This document shows positions 39,010 through 52,378 of a DNA stretch of 64,000 bases, one piece after another. Positions within the stretch are counted from its first letter, which is position 1; each line of letters opens with the position of its first letter. A program made the position numbers and the translations under genes. This DNA is from Selaginella moellendorffii. Its lineage: Eukaryota; Plantae; Lycopodiophyta. The stretch is taken from positions 1,082,365 to 1,146,364 of the forward strand of contig NW_003314319.1 of assembly GCF_000143415.4 (NCBI RefSeq). The letters run 5' to 3'. The notes beneath the pieces were generated by a model. The model saw nothing but the letters and a program-made list of their open reading frames with translations. It searched no databases and had not been told where the DNA came from.

Positions 39010-40906
39010 TTTGGAATGAACAGCTGGGATGAAAGATTGGTTAGGGTTAGGGGAGCTAGCTGCCATTGCACCATAAGTGGAGCGCACAAGAGATCGAGGG
39101 ATTGAGTGGGAAGGAGATCGAGGGATTAAGCATGCAATAGATCGAGTGATTGAGCACACAAGAGATTGAGAGATTGAGCGTGGAGCGCACGAGTGTGAGA
39201 GATTGAGTGCGGGAGAGTGCAAGAGATGGAGCGCACCAGTATGAACACGAGTTGAGATTGAGAGTGAGAAAGTGTGAGAAATCTAGCATGATCGAGATAT
39301 CGGGAGGGAAAGATGCCACCAAGGGTGAGTTTTGATTTGATTTCTTTCACTTCTATTTCTTTATTTTTGCTTGTTTCTTGATTGTTTCTTCAGGGCCAGC
39401 CACCTCAAGCACTTTGGCCACCCAAGGGGCCGAGGTTATTTGAATTACCTTAGCCCCTCGGGCAACCAAAGTGCTTGAGGTTGAGTCTGGGCCAGCCACC
39501 TCGGGCACTTTGGCTACCCAAGGGGCTGAGGTTATTCAAATAACCTCGGCTTGTCAGGCAGCCAAAGTGCCTGAGGTCAAGCCCAGGCTGGCCACTTCGG
39601 GCACTTTGGCTGCCCAAGGGGCTAAGGTTATTCAAATAACCTTGGCCTGTTGGGCAGCCAAAGTGCCTGAGGTCAAACCCAGGCTGGCCACTTTGGGCAT
39701 TTCAGTTGCCCAAGGGGCTAAGGTTATTCAAACAACCTCAGCCCCTTGGGCAGCCAAAGTGCCTGAGGTTGAGCCCAGGCCGGCCACCTCGGGTGGCCAA
39801 AGTGCTTGAGGTGGGGTTTGGGCCCACTTGATTTTTTTTTTCTCTTTGACTATTTGAATTTCTTATTATCTTTATTTAGTTTGACTAACAAAATTTTTCC
39901 TCTTGCAAAAAAGAAAAATTGTACCACACAAAACAGTTGTTGGAGCCAAGAAGGCACGAAAAGTTCAATTCAACACTGCTGACAACATCACGATCGATAT
40001 ATCCATTGGCACATTAATGAAAACACATTTACTTAGAGATCCACCGCCTCCACCACCATCACCTCCACCATCACCACCTCCACCATCACCATTGCCACTT
40101 CCACCACCACCATCACCACCTCCATCATCGTCATTGCTACCACCACTGCCACTATTGCCTCCACCTCCACCGCCACCACCACCAACCCCCACCATCACCA
40201 CTACTACCTCCACTTTACTCCTCACTAGCCCACCACCAGCACAAATCTCTGAAGTTGGGCAATCTAGTGGTGTTCACAATAGGGAACCTAAAGTACAACT
40301 TGGAGCTGAAAGAGTTGTAGACCTTCCTGACAACGTGGTGGAGGCGCACTTCCAAAAGATTGTTATACGAACAAGGGAAAAAGCAGTTCACCAAATACTT
40401 GAGGCGCTCAAGTGGCTAGGCCCTTGTGACTTGATCAAAGAGATCCCCCTTTGTCGTTTGTAGCAGACGAACTTTGTCCGCACTACATCAAAGTATATCA
40501 ACTTGAATATATACAGCTTGTTCAAACAGAATGGCCATGCGATAAATATCAGTATGTTTCTAGTCTCGATTTGCAAGTCAGGAACAATGGAGATCATTAC
40601 TATCACACAGTTAGATTGTGAATAGTTGGGATCTTATTTAGAGGAGGAAGTCCCTGAAATTTGATAACATGCTTATTAGACATCCTAAGGCTCGACAACT
40701 TGTGAGGACAATATTCCAAACTATTGATAGTAACCACTAATATAAGGCTTGGATGAAGTGTATCAAAGATCATTTTCTCAATGATCCCATCTACCATATC
40801 AACGTTCCAGTCAGCATGTCTATGCAAGGGGACCTTTGGATGTCAATAAACTTATCTTGTCCTGCCAAAAGATCAATGCGCAAGTTTTATAATTTTACCT
40901 CCAACT
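39010..40906 (+). pseudogene. Decayed multi-exon gene with a ParB/Srx-like motif
   Basis: Intron 39325-39393 (GTGAGT...TTCAG), repeat exon 39394-39810, second intron from 39811, then a Pro-rich exon. It continues EIPLCRL*QTNFVR...FLVS...W...FDNML..HP...IFQTIDSNH*YKAWMKCI (40726-40752), one change per codon from the ParB/Srx signature DGNHR. Confidence 0.57.
39394..39810. repeat. 96-bp tandem repeat (about 4.3 units) of palindromic units
   Basis: One unit more than the mirror copy (ORF 112 aa vs 80 aa, a difference of 32 aa). Confidence 0.88.
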
Positions 40907-42074
40907 TGTAAATGACTAATTTTTTTATTCTACTTTAGTCACTTAACCACACCTCTGACCACTTGGAGGAGTCTCATTCACAACCTCTATAAGTCCAATT
41001 TAGGATGTGGGGCTTGCTAGCCCCGAGAATGGCATTCATGCCACTCAACCATTGCACTAGGTCCAAGTGCTTCGCGTGTCTGATCCCATGACCGACACCC
41101 CAAGGTATCATTGACATATCAACCCATTACTCTAAGGCCATACCCATTCACCTTGGTGACACCGGTGGTCCAACACCACCTACATCACAGTCCTGTCTCT
41201 CAAAGACTGGGGCATCCATCCATGAGTGATCATCTTAGATTCCGCATCCTTAGGATGCCCACAAACATGGGGAATAGCCTTCCTAATATCCCTTTTACAG
41301 CCTTTGGGTGTTTTAGCCATGGGCTTAGAGCGAGGTTTCATTGAGCCACGCTAGGTATCCAAGTAGGTAATGCCACCCATACTTGGATTGGGAGCATTGA
41401 CCATTCGATCTCTCGGGGGAACTAGAGCCGACTTTTGAACACTTCACCAAGTTACCTCGCTTGTTGGTTCATATTCACTTTAGCCTTGGACTTCCCAATG
41501 GTTATCTCATCACCCAATACTTGGGTATAGCCTTCCTGGGCCAAATTAACCTTTTCTGGCCAAACTGGCTCCACTAGGGTTTAACCCCCATACTCTCCTT
41601 GTAGCCCCCCCCCTTAGGGGACAATCGCTTTGGGCTTTCACCCAACAGCCTATATTAGTATTTGGACTCGGACTGGGACTTGAACTCGGACTCGAACTCA
41701 GACTCGATCTCAATCTCGGACTTAGACTTGGACTCGGTCTCGGTCTCGGTCTCGGTTCCATCTCAGACTCCATCTCGAGTCCATCTCAGACTCCATCTTG
41801 GACTCCATCTCAAGTCCATCTCGAACTCCATCTTAGACTCTGTCTCGAGTCTTCCATATATCATGTGTTGGTCCTTTTGTGTCCCTTCTCTAGAGACTCA
41901 CTTACTGCTTGCTTCGTGCTCATTCCTCGAGCCCTTCGTTTAGGAGTTTCACTCCTGCTCTCAACTTTTCAAGTCGGAGCTTTTAGTCCAAACATGTTAC
42001 GCTCATTTGGCTTTCATTTCGGCCACTACCACATGGCACCCACTTTGGGGCCTAAGGATTTTATGTTTAACATA
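40907..42074 (-). mobile_element. Mirror copy of the family C LTR
   Basis: Reverse complement of 13556-14725. Confidence 0.75.
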
Positions 42075-45000
42075 ACTCCACTTTAACTTGTTTTGTTGTG
42101 TTTAAATCCAGGCTTGGGCAGTTTGCTGTTCAAAAGTAAAACTTTATCCATGACATCGAGCAACTTCAATTTTTAGCAGACTTGAGTGAGGATGACATCT
42201 GCGAACATTATGATGATGATCTTGCAACACTTCATCACTCACGCACTCAAAATGACGGTATAACTTTGTTCAACAACCCAATTAGTTTTATGCTCGCTAT
42301 ATGGTGCAAAGTATGTCTTTCCCTTTCATTTTATAAGGGCTTCTTTTAATTGTTTTGGTTTTTAACCTTTGGTGAAGGTCAAATAAGATGTTTATGAACT
42401 TGTATATCGGGAGAAGAGTCGGGAAGAGCTCTCAACTGAGTTCGTACAAATTGAGCATAAAATTCGACATGCAAATTCTTCAAAGTTGAAGAAATTAAGA
42501 TACATTGCAGACAATCGTAGGCCGAAGGAGTGGCTAGAGACTATAGCTGAAATTTCTTCTCATGAATGTAAGTTTTTTTGTCACACTTCATTTTTCTCAA
42601 TTATGCATATTTACTTTTGTAGTGAACAAAACTCCAGATGATATAATTTATAATATCGAAAAATTGAAGCTTCCGTATAAACGACAGATAGAAACTCTGG
42701 ATTTCCTTAATGTCTGCTTGATGAACAAAGAGAAAGGACTACTAGAACTATTTGAGAACATGATGAGAAGGGCTATCTACATCATGCAAACTATAAGTGA
42801 AGGTGAGAAGGTATATGTCTGTAACTCATTCTTGAATCTATTGTACATCCACATATGCACATTTTCCAGACCCACCATTGGGCAATTCCTACAGTGCTCA
42901 AGAAAAGTTTGTAAACCCATAAAGCCACTTGTCTAAGAAAAAGTAGTATATTAGACACCGAATGTAATAGTGTTTTGTGCTTTCAAGTAGTCCCGCTATG
43001 TCAGGAGCAAGATCTTGCAAAAACATGTGGCATTGCTTTTGAAGCATTGGAGGCAATCCCTATCTAATAATAAGATTCAGAATTTCATATATAAGGAGCT
43101 CTAGTTCAACTTCACTAAAGCCCTCAGTAGAAAAAGGATTATTATATGGAGGTGAAAGTAGAATGTTGGTAGAACTTGGGGATGGAGGTGGAGATTAATA
43201 TAAAATGTTGGGGGGCTAAGTACAAGTAGTAGTGGCTTTCCTTCGAGCCATTTCAATACAAACTTCCAAGGAGCTCAAGAAGAACAAAAAAACTATAATG
43301 ACTATAACTTTTCTAGATAGTTTATATACTAAGTTTTAGTCTCGGGAATAAGGTTTATTTATTATAACACTGACGATACTCAGATTCTTTAAATGTCAAT
43401 TTTGGAAATGGGGCTTCATAATCATAGCTTGCTTATAAACATAAGAGCTTCTAGAATTTTAGATTATCGTGTATACACATGCTTTATCATTATAATGAAA
43501 TCCTACTTTACTACACATATATTCTTTTCTACGCATGCCAAATGTTTAGAGAAATAGACTGTAGGAAAATATAGAACACATTATAGTGGCAGAGCACATT
43601 GGCACGCTACCATTCCCTTATATGAGATTGTTTTTCAGTCTTGGAAATGTAGATAAAGTTGATTCTTTGATGTGATATTACTTTTGAGTCTTTCGAAAGA
43701 TTTCAATTTCTTTTATTATTATTCACAAACAACTCTCGAAAACTTTTAATGAGGATTCACTACAAAATATATATCTTGGTCTTATCATATGAGAGGATTG
43801 TGATATAAGCAGGAAACACAGTTTTTAATATGAATTAATATTTAAATTACAAATGTCATGGAAAGTGTTATGGAGTAGATTTCTTGGTGCTTTCTGCCAT
43901 GCTGTTCATTTCTTCATTTCTTTTACTCTAAACTGTTGTTTCAGAAGTAACAGAAACATTTTTATCAATCATGATAGTGGTCTCCACATTTTCAAATGGG
44001 TAATAAAAACGTAAAAACGAATAGGAGTGTAATATGGAGATTGTGGTAATGAAACAAAATTAGAATTCTCACATTCCTTTGCACTACAATTGTTACTCAC
44101 ACATATTGTATTTTCCTTGCTTCCCATCTTCTCAAGAACCCTCAAAAATCTTTTGAATGAAGGAATAGTATCTACAACTATAAAAATATTCAAAATATTA
44201 AGTAGTCAAATCAAAATATAACAACTGTAACAATAGTCATAATAAAATAATATAGCTTTATAAAAGATAGATTTTTCTGAACTTTGTCTTTTTTAAACAA
44301 TTCAATCTTATAGAAACTTTTAACTCAAATATTTACGTATTTAAATATTTTAAAGTTTGTTAGAACCTTCATTTGTTCAATTTATATTTCCTTTGTAAGA
44401 CTTCTAATTGATTATGTTGACTTGAGTTGACTTGTGTTGAATTGAGCTCAACTCAACTTTGGACTATCCCCATAACTAGTATATATAAATACATTTTATG
44501 GACTTCTCAACACTAAAATAAGATAGCTAATAGCAAGAGAAACTTTGAAAACTTTAAGCATGTAGTTGTTCTTACCTATTTTAGAAACAATTTAGTAGCA
44601 CATTTATAAATACTGTCAAAAGAAAAGAGAACAACTATATCTTATACCCTTGTAGCACATATAAAATCTTTATTGCATTTATTTTATATTCCTATGTTTG
44701 TATTGCAAAAAGAAGTATAATGCTTTCTTTAAAGTGTTTTTAGTAGTGATGGCCTGATTTGTGATCAATAAATTCTAATTTGGTGATTAGATAACAGTAG
44801 AACTGGAAGTGAAGACTACATTATCCAATGATTGAAACTCATCCAAATGTTTTGCTTGTGCATTAGTTTATTTTGATTTAAAGACAACTTTATCACATAT
44901 GAGACAATATTTCAGACAAATTGGCTTTCAAAATAAGATGACATGATATATAAATTACATAGGTAAAGTCACTCACCAGCTTGCAAATTTTTCTAAGAAA

Positions 45001-46847
45001 AACATAAATTATTTCTCTAGGATAATTTCACTATATTAGATATCTACATTCTTAAAAAAATATGTAGAAATGATGAAGATTTATAAGATGTGATTTTTCA
45101 AAATTTTTAATCAAATACTAATCATAGCTAATAATTATAAACTATGGATTTTTGTCATTGCAATGAATAGTATAAAACATGTAGTAATAATAACAGGATC
45201 TTTTTATTGTTCCATAAGTTGATTAAAATTTCTTTCTTTACCAACAGATTCCATATTCATAATTGGTGAATTTATTTCTCTTATAGATACTTTCTATGAT
45301 ACAATTCAATTATGCATTGCTCCATTTTCATAAAAACTGACTTACAGTTTCCATTTACTATTTAACTTTCAATAGTATTAATATCATATAACCTAAATAA
45401 ATATCATCTAAAACTTTGCAATTCTACTTTTCTTAGTAGAGCTCAGATCCTTGCTAGTTTCAACTAGCACCCACTAAATTGCAATCGAGGTAAGTTAAAC
45501 CTTTCATTTGTAATTTTCGATACACAAGGGATATTGTAATTTGGATCTCATCATGCTCATTGGTGAAATATAACTCTATTCCCAATATAAAATTATCCAT
45601 GGGCAATCCATGTAATAAATTTTTTGTTCATTATAATTAATTTAAAAAGTTAGAACAAAGGATTAGCACTTTAAAAACAAAGGCAGCAAATTTTAGGAAT
45701 TTGGCACAATCCTTGATATGGAATCACTTTTCCTAGAAAACTCACATAGCTTAGTTCTATTTTATCTTTATTAACAAGGTGGTAGATACATTTGCTTAGT
45801 ATATATTATTCTTTGTTATTTGGTACAAAAAATTTAAATTTTTAATGGAGACAATAGAGTTCTAGAATCTATTAGGATTGTGTTCATCCTTATAATTGCA
45901 AATGTGGAATTTGTGCCACTACTTTAAGATTGCACACCTTTGCATTGCTAGTGTATTTTGTAGCCAAAGACTCCCTTTGCTTTGAACTTAATCCTTGTAA
46001 ATTAATAACTAGTACATCCATATATATATATATTCTATGGACTTCTCAGCACTAAATTCAAAATAACTAACAGAAGAAGAAACTTTGAAAGCTTTAACCA
46101 TATTGTTGTTCTTGCTTTTATGAGAAATAACTTAGTAGCATATGAAACTTATCAATGGTCTCAAAGGAAAAGGGAAGATTCATATCTTGTGTCATTGTAG
46201 CACATATAAAATCTTTATTAAATTTGTTGTACATTTCTATGTTTGTATTACAAAAACCAGCTAAAGGAATATGACAATGTATAACACTTTCTTTAGAGTG
46301 CTTTTCATGATGGCCTAATTTGTGGTAAAGAAATTCTAATCCTTTAGTGATTAGGTAATGATAGAATTAGAAGTGAAAACTATAGTAGCCAATCATTGCA
46401 ACTCATCTAATGTGCTAATGTTTTGCTACTGCATTAGCTACTTTGATTTGAAGACAAACTTGCATATGAGACAATATTCCCAAAGTTGTGATTTCAAAAT
46501 AAAATTACATGATTTATAGATTACATTAGGTAAAGTCACTCACCACCTTGCAAGTTTTTCTAAGAAAAACATAAACTATTTCTCTACAATGATTTCACTA
46601 TACATGATACCTACATTGTTAAGAAAATACATATAAATGATAAAGATTTATAAGGTGTAATTTTAAAAAATAAATGAATCAAATAAATCATAGCTAATAC
46701 TAATGATATATAGTGATAGGTATGAACTATGGATTTTTGTCATTGCAATGGATACTATAAAAATGTAGTAATACTAACGATCTTGTTATTTTTGTATAAG
46801 TTGATTAAATTTTTTTTCATCCCAATAGCCTTAATATTCAAAATTGG

Positions 46848-47657
46848 ATGTTAACCTTGACAGTTGTTTTGCAAAAGCTAGCAGTTTCAGAAGATCTGTC
46901 ATCCAAGCTGCAAGGCTGGACACTCTCCAGGATGTTTCGCTCAAAGCTGGAAGGCAAGTGCCCGCTTGCAACTACAAGTAGTGTCTATCTAGAGCTGGAG
47001 GAGAGCTTGGCGAAGCACTTGGCTAGAGATCTCAGTGAAGAAATAGGCATCAACTTCATGGACAATAGTCAGCTCTGCTCCAAGTCAGGTGCTTGCCTCC
47101 TCTTCAGGCTCTCTTTTACTTGAGTATGAAGCTGGCATGAACAGCGAGCTTGATCTTGTAGTCACTTGGAAAGCCCGGGTGGATTGGTCTCGGTTCTACA
47201 CAAGCCGGTATTTGGCTGGCAGCGGGAATGCAAGGGGATCCATCATCATTTCGTTTCGAGCAAATGATGGTTCTTCTCGAAACTGTTACTCTTCAGGTAT
47301 CAAGGCAGTCGACTACGTTGACATTATGATCCTCCAGATAATACCATGGTTTGTTCATTTGTATGGCCACGCGCTAAAGGCTTTGTTGGATGGCCGAAAT
47401 GTGGAGTTTTGATCCATGGTTAGATTGATGAGATTCACACCGGCAGAAGATTGCAAAGCTCCTGCTGCTGTGGAGGTTCCTTTGCAAGTTTCTATTGCAA
47501 CCCATGCTGTAACTTTGACAAGGTTTGTGATATTGCTGGTTGCTTTGGAAGGGATCTTGATGATGCTGTTCCATTCATGTAGGGATTTCTTCACATCGAC
47601 GATCATCCTCTAAATGCAAACCGTGGATTTGATCTGCCGTCCACAGTTATCACTTAT
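46848..47657 (+). pseudogene. PIG-T: Mirror copy of the longer PIG-T/GPI16 pseudogene fragment
   Basis: Intron 47523-47582 (gtttgtg...catgtag) joins DK to GFLHIDDHPLNANRGFDLPSTVIT. Stop codon at 47410-47412. Confidence 0.92.
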
Positions 47658-47734
47658 CATTTATAAACATTTTAATAATAATAAAGTTGCTAAATTGTGA
47701 GTGCATGGAATATGGAAAGAGAATACAGAAAATA

Positions 47735-50700
47735 TGCATATCAATTAACCCAAAAACCCTAACTTATATACAAGAGTGAATGGTCCAAATTGAAACCAAT
47801 CTGACGGGTACCAAAATCCCACTACGTTAATATTAGTATATGGCATCATAGCCATACACTTGGCCCTCACATCATCCCCTCCTCTCAGAATAATGGAAGA
47901 TCATTAGGGTTCTCTTGTAGATGGGCTGGGATCTAGAGGAACATTAGGAGGAGGCATTGGCAGATGTATAGATGGTATTAACTGCTCCTGATCTCTTTGT
48001 ATAAAGCGTTTCAACCTTTGCACATGTATAATCTCTGGAGGATCAACCTGCTAGATGTCATGCCGAACCTCATAAACTTGTGGTTCAACTTGCCACAACA
48101 CCCGATACGGTCCTTTCCACTGTGCAAGGAGCCCCTTAGATAAACCATGTACCGTAAGATGGGGAAAACAAATTAACACTAAATCATCCACTTTGTACTC
48201 CACAAGTGGACAATGATGGGAGTGTTAGCGCTGTTATTGTCCCACTTGTATGCGGCCTAAGTGTTCAGCAAACTCTACTCAGACAAGTGGAAGAATGCTT
48301 ATCAAATACTGATCCCACGACCTAGCATCGGTAGCTCGTGGCAATTGCGACAGTAAACCCAGCTCCATTGGTAATACTAGATCATGACCATATAAGAGTT
48401 TATATGGTGAAGCACCAATAGAACTCTGCACCCCTGTGACATATGTATACCGAAGAGACGGCAAATAACCATCCCAATCCGAATGCTAAAAGTTCATATA
48501 CTTTGCAATCATCCTTTTGAATGTCCGAACAAGCCGTTCCTCTAAAACATCTGATTATGGATGATAAGCACTCGTGAAAGTGTGATATATCCCCAATTGA
48601 GACGTCAGAACATGAAATGCCTCAACTATAAATGTGCAACCATTATCCGAAAGAATCTGCTCTAGACAAGAATGCTGGAACACCACTTGATTGAGGAGGA
48701 AGTATCCAACAACAGTTGCAAAGGTGCTAGCAAGAGCACCAACTTCCACCCAACGAGTCGAGTAGTCAAAAACAATAATAACATACTCATTGCCAGCAAT
48801 CGACTATGGAAAGGTCCCATAAGATCAAATTCCACCAACTCAAATGGACGGGAAATTGTAATTGACTCCAACCGTCCTTCCACAACACGAGGGGGAATAT
48901 TACGAGTTTGGCACCAAATGCAGCTATGCACATACCGGATAACATCATGTCACATCTTCGGCCAATAGAAAACCTGTGCAGCTTCTTAGTTACACGATGA
49001 TGTCCCATATGCCCACCTAGCAGTACGACTAACGAAGTTCTTCCATTTCACTAATGAAGTGACGGCAACATGGTCACCTTCAAGTAATGTCCAAGAACCA
49101 TGTAGATATGCCTGAAGTTTCTCAAAACCCCAGAGTGTTGCTAAACACTCCTTCTCTATTGTGGAGTAGTTCATCTTCGCTGGTTGTAATGTATGGCTTA
49201 TATACACAATGGGATGGCACTGACAAAGCACACTCAAGCTTTCTTGCATCAACACTTCTCCAACACTAATGTCAAAAGCATCCATGTGCAAAATAAAAGG
49301 TCGAGTATAGTCAGGATATGCCAAAACTGGAGGAGTCGTCAATAGCTCTTTGAGATCCATGAATGCCTGCTGACAATCCGGAGACCAGATGAAAGATGAT
49401 GTTGATGACTCCAGCAACGCTTGCAATGGTGCAGTGCGATCAAAAAGATGATCCACAAAGCGACTGAGATACTGCACCTTGCCCAAAAAGCACTACACAT
49501 CATTTACACACTTCAGAGTAGGGAACTTTAGAACAACCACAAGTTTGTCAAGATCAATTTGCAAACCCTCACGAGAAATATAGTACCCAAGATAAGTTGT
49601 GTCCTTGGAACCAAATACGTACTTTGACCACTTCAACTTTAAACCAACGTCACGAACCAAACGGCATCACCAAGAACTCATACAATCTAAATGGTATACG
49701 AAAAGCAGTCTAAGGAATATCTTCTTCAGCTATTGGTACTTGCCAGTACCCAGAAGCAAGATCTAGCTTGGTGAACTAATGACTTCGCCTTAGACAATCC
49801 AAAAGATCAGCAGTGTGAAGAAGAGGGTACACATCTGGGAACGTCACTTCGTTTAACGGATGATAGTCGATGCATAAACGAATACTCCCATCAGGCTTCG
49901 TCACAAGATAAGGTTCACATACCCAAGGACATTGCGACTTCCGAATAACACCCTTCTCTAACATTTCTTTAATATTTGCGTGTAAAATCTTGATCTCTTT
50001 GGGTGACCGACAACGAACAGGAACCTTGATTAAACGAGCATCCCTATTTGGAATTGGATGACGTGTGGCAATCTTGGCCCCAGACGATGTGTCAAAGTCA
50101 AAGAGATCAGAATACTCCTTCATAAGCTAGTCAACCGCTGCAACACAAAGATTGTTGAAGGGACTGGAAAAGGGAAGAGAAGAACAAGACGGAAACATAG
50201 AAGGAAATAATAGGGGAACAAAAGTAATGGAAGCAGAAGTAGAAATAGAGGGACGAAGAAGTACAAAAGTGAGAGGAATGGATGAAACATAAGAAAGTAT
50301 GAAACAAGGGGGAGAAGCCTCAAAGTCACATTTAGCATGATTGCACTGCAACTAATCCATACCAAGGATGAGGTCGAAAGCTTGACTCGGCACCACCCGC
50401 AAGGATTGCAACTCAAGCTCAAGATCACCCACACACACAACTAGGTCCGCCTCATCCCATGCACATGCATGTGTACGGCTATTGCCATAAAGAATGAAAA
50501 CTGGTTATGCCGCATGACGCAAGTGTAAACGGCAACTTGTGGCAATAGGTTGAGCAATAGAAGATAAACTCGAATCTGTATCAACCAATATAGAGAGAAT
50601 AATAGGAGACCTCTTGTTATAAAAACGATTTTGGAAAATAAACACTGAATGAACCAATGCCGAGTGAACCCCTTGATGATACTCCCAAAAGAAAGATGGA

Positions 50701-52378
50701 GGGGTCATTGAATTATTTGCGCAAGGTCCCTCCATTACTAGCGCAACTTTTCGTTTCCCGGATGCATTGTAGTGTCTAGACCTTCCACTACAGCAACACC
50801 AACAGGATGTTGTTGATGCCAAAGTCTCCACCCAGGAAATGGAGGTTGCCAATCCGAAAAACGCTAACAATGCCAATAGGTATGCCCAACTTCATCATAT
50901 GCCCAACAACAAACGTCATGGCCATGACCACATCCTTGCCCTTGTCCTTGGACTCGAGCAGCAGCACCACCAACCTCCATTGGAACAGAACCATTGCCTA
51001 CAGGAAGAGGAGTAGAAGGATGGCCAACAAGAAGTGGACGAGGCGACATCTCATAATGTTGTGCCAAGCGAAAAACATCGTCAAGAGTTGCTGGAGCAAG
51101 TGCATGCATAAGTCCAACAAGATCTTGATGAAGTGCTGGCCACAACATTCCTAGCTTAATCCGCTCCGACATATTTGGCTCCGCACAAAGCAAAAGACTT
51201 CGGAAACGAAAGCTAAATTGCATCACTGACTCAAATGGCCCTTGGCGAAGATGATGTAATTGTTGGAAGGCATCATCACAATCGTCGGCATGTCCAAATG
51301 TGCATTTGAAGATGTCCGGGAGAACACTCCAATCCCCACAAGTGGCTGCACTCAAACCATTGTACCACTGCAACGCCGTCCCTTGGAGACATGTGGGAAA
51401 CTCATGCAAATGTTGAGTATCATCCCAAGAATGATATGTGGCAATCACTGTGAAGTGATTGAACCAATAGTACACAAGGAGCTTACATTTGGTATCGGAG
51501 CGGTCTCGGGTCTGACTCTGTTGGTTGGTTTAGGGGAAGATTCCCCACCACATATTGATTGACATCTAGCTGGTCTAGTTTGCTCTTGCTAGGCTCGACC
51601 TGAGGGGTAGGGTGTCAAGAGAGCGGGGCTCTCGAGAGAGCTGCGGCTCTCAGCTTCCGTTCACGAGGGCATGAACTTGTAGGGAAGCGTGGTGGATTGT
51701 AAGCAACCAAAGGGAACGACTCGAGAGACGATCTATGGGGTTCAAATATAAAGGGAAAGGGCCCATGAACAAGAGTGCACCCCTTTTTCCAATCGGTTAA
51801 GGGTCTTGGGATAGTTGGAGTTAAGCGTCCTTGGGTTTGAATAGTATTGGGCTGGGTGACCTCCCGGGAAGTCCAATCTCAGGAGCTTACAGATTCCCAC
51901 GAAAAAACTCCAACTAAATGCGAGGATTGGCACCAAGAGCAGGAGAAGTTGTACCACGTGCCATGAATGCCGCTATCAACTGAGTTTGGTTGTTCAATTG
52001 TAAACACATAGCATTAAGCAATTGTACTAACTCAAAGGAGGAGATTGCTGATTTGCTATGAAGATGAACAAAAAGGAAAGAGTGAAAGAAGAGGAATGAC
52101 AAAAGCTAGAAGGAAATGGAGATCTAGATAATGCAAAAAGCTAAATCTAAACCAAAATCCTGAAGGGAAAAAACAAATGGAAAAACCTAGATGTAAACCA
52201 AAATCCCAAATCCAAACAATCCTCAAGGATAATCAAAAGATTACATATCAATTAACCCATAAACCCTAGTTTATATATAAGAGCGAGTGATCTGGATTGA
52301 AATCAATCTAACAGCTACTAAAATCCTACTATGCTAATATTATTATATAGCATCATAGCCGTACACTTGGCCCTCACA
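47735..52378 (-). mobile_element. Mirror copy of the decayed Ty3/gypsy element
   Basis: Reverse complement of 3254-7896 with the same lesions. Confidence 0.93.
51477..51891 (+). mobile_element. Mirror copy of TRIM family 2
   Basis: LTR remnant aggagcttaca 51477-51487, PBS 51490-51501, PPT 51602-51612, LTR 51613-51891. Confidence 0.8.
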
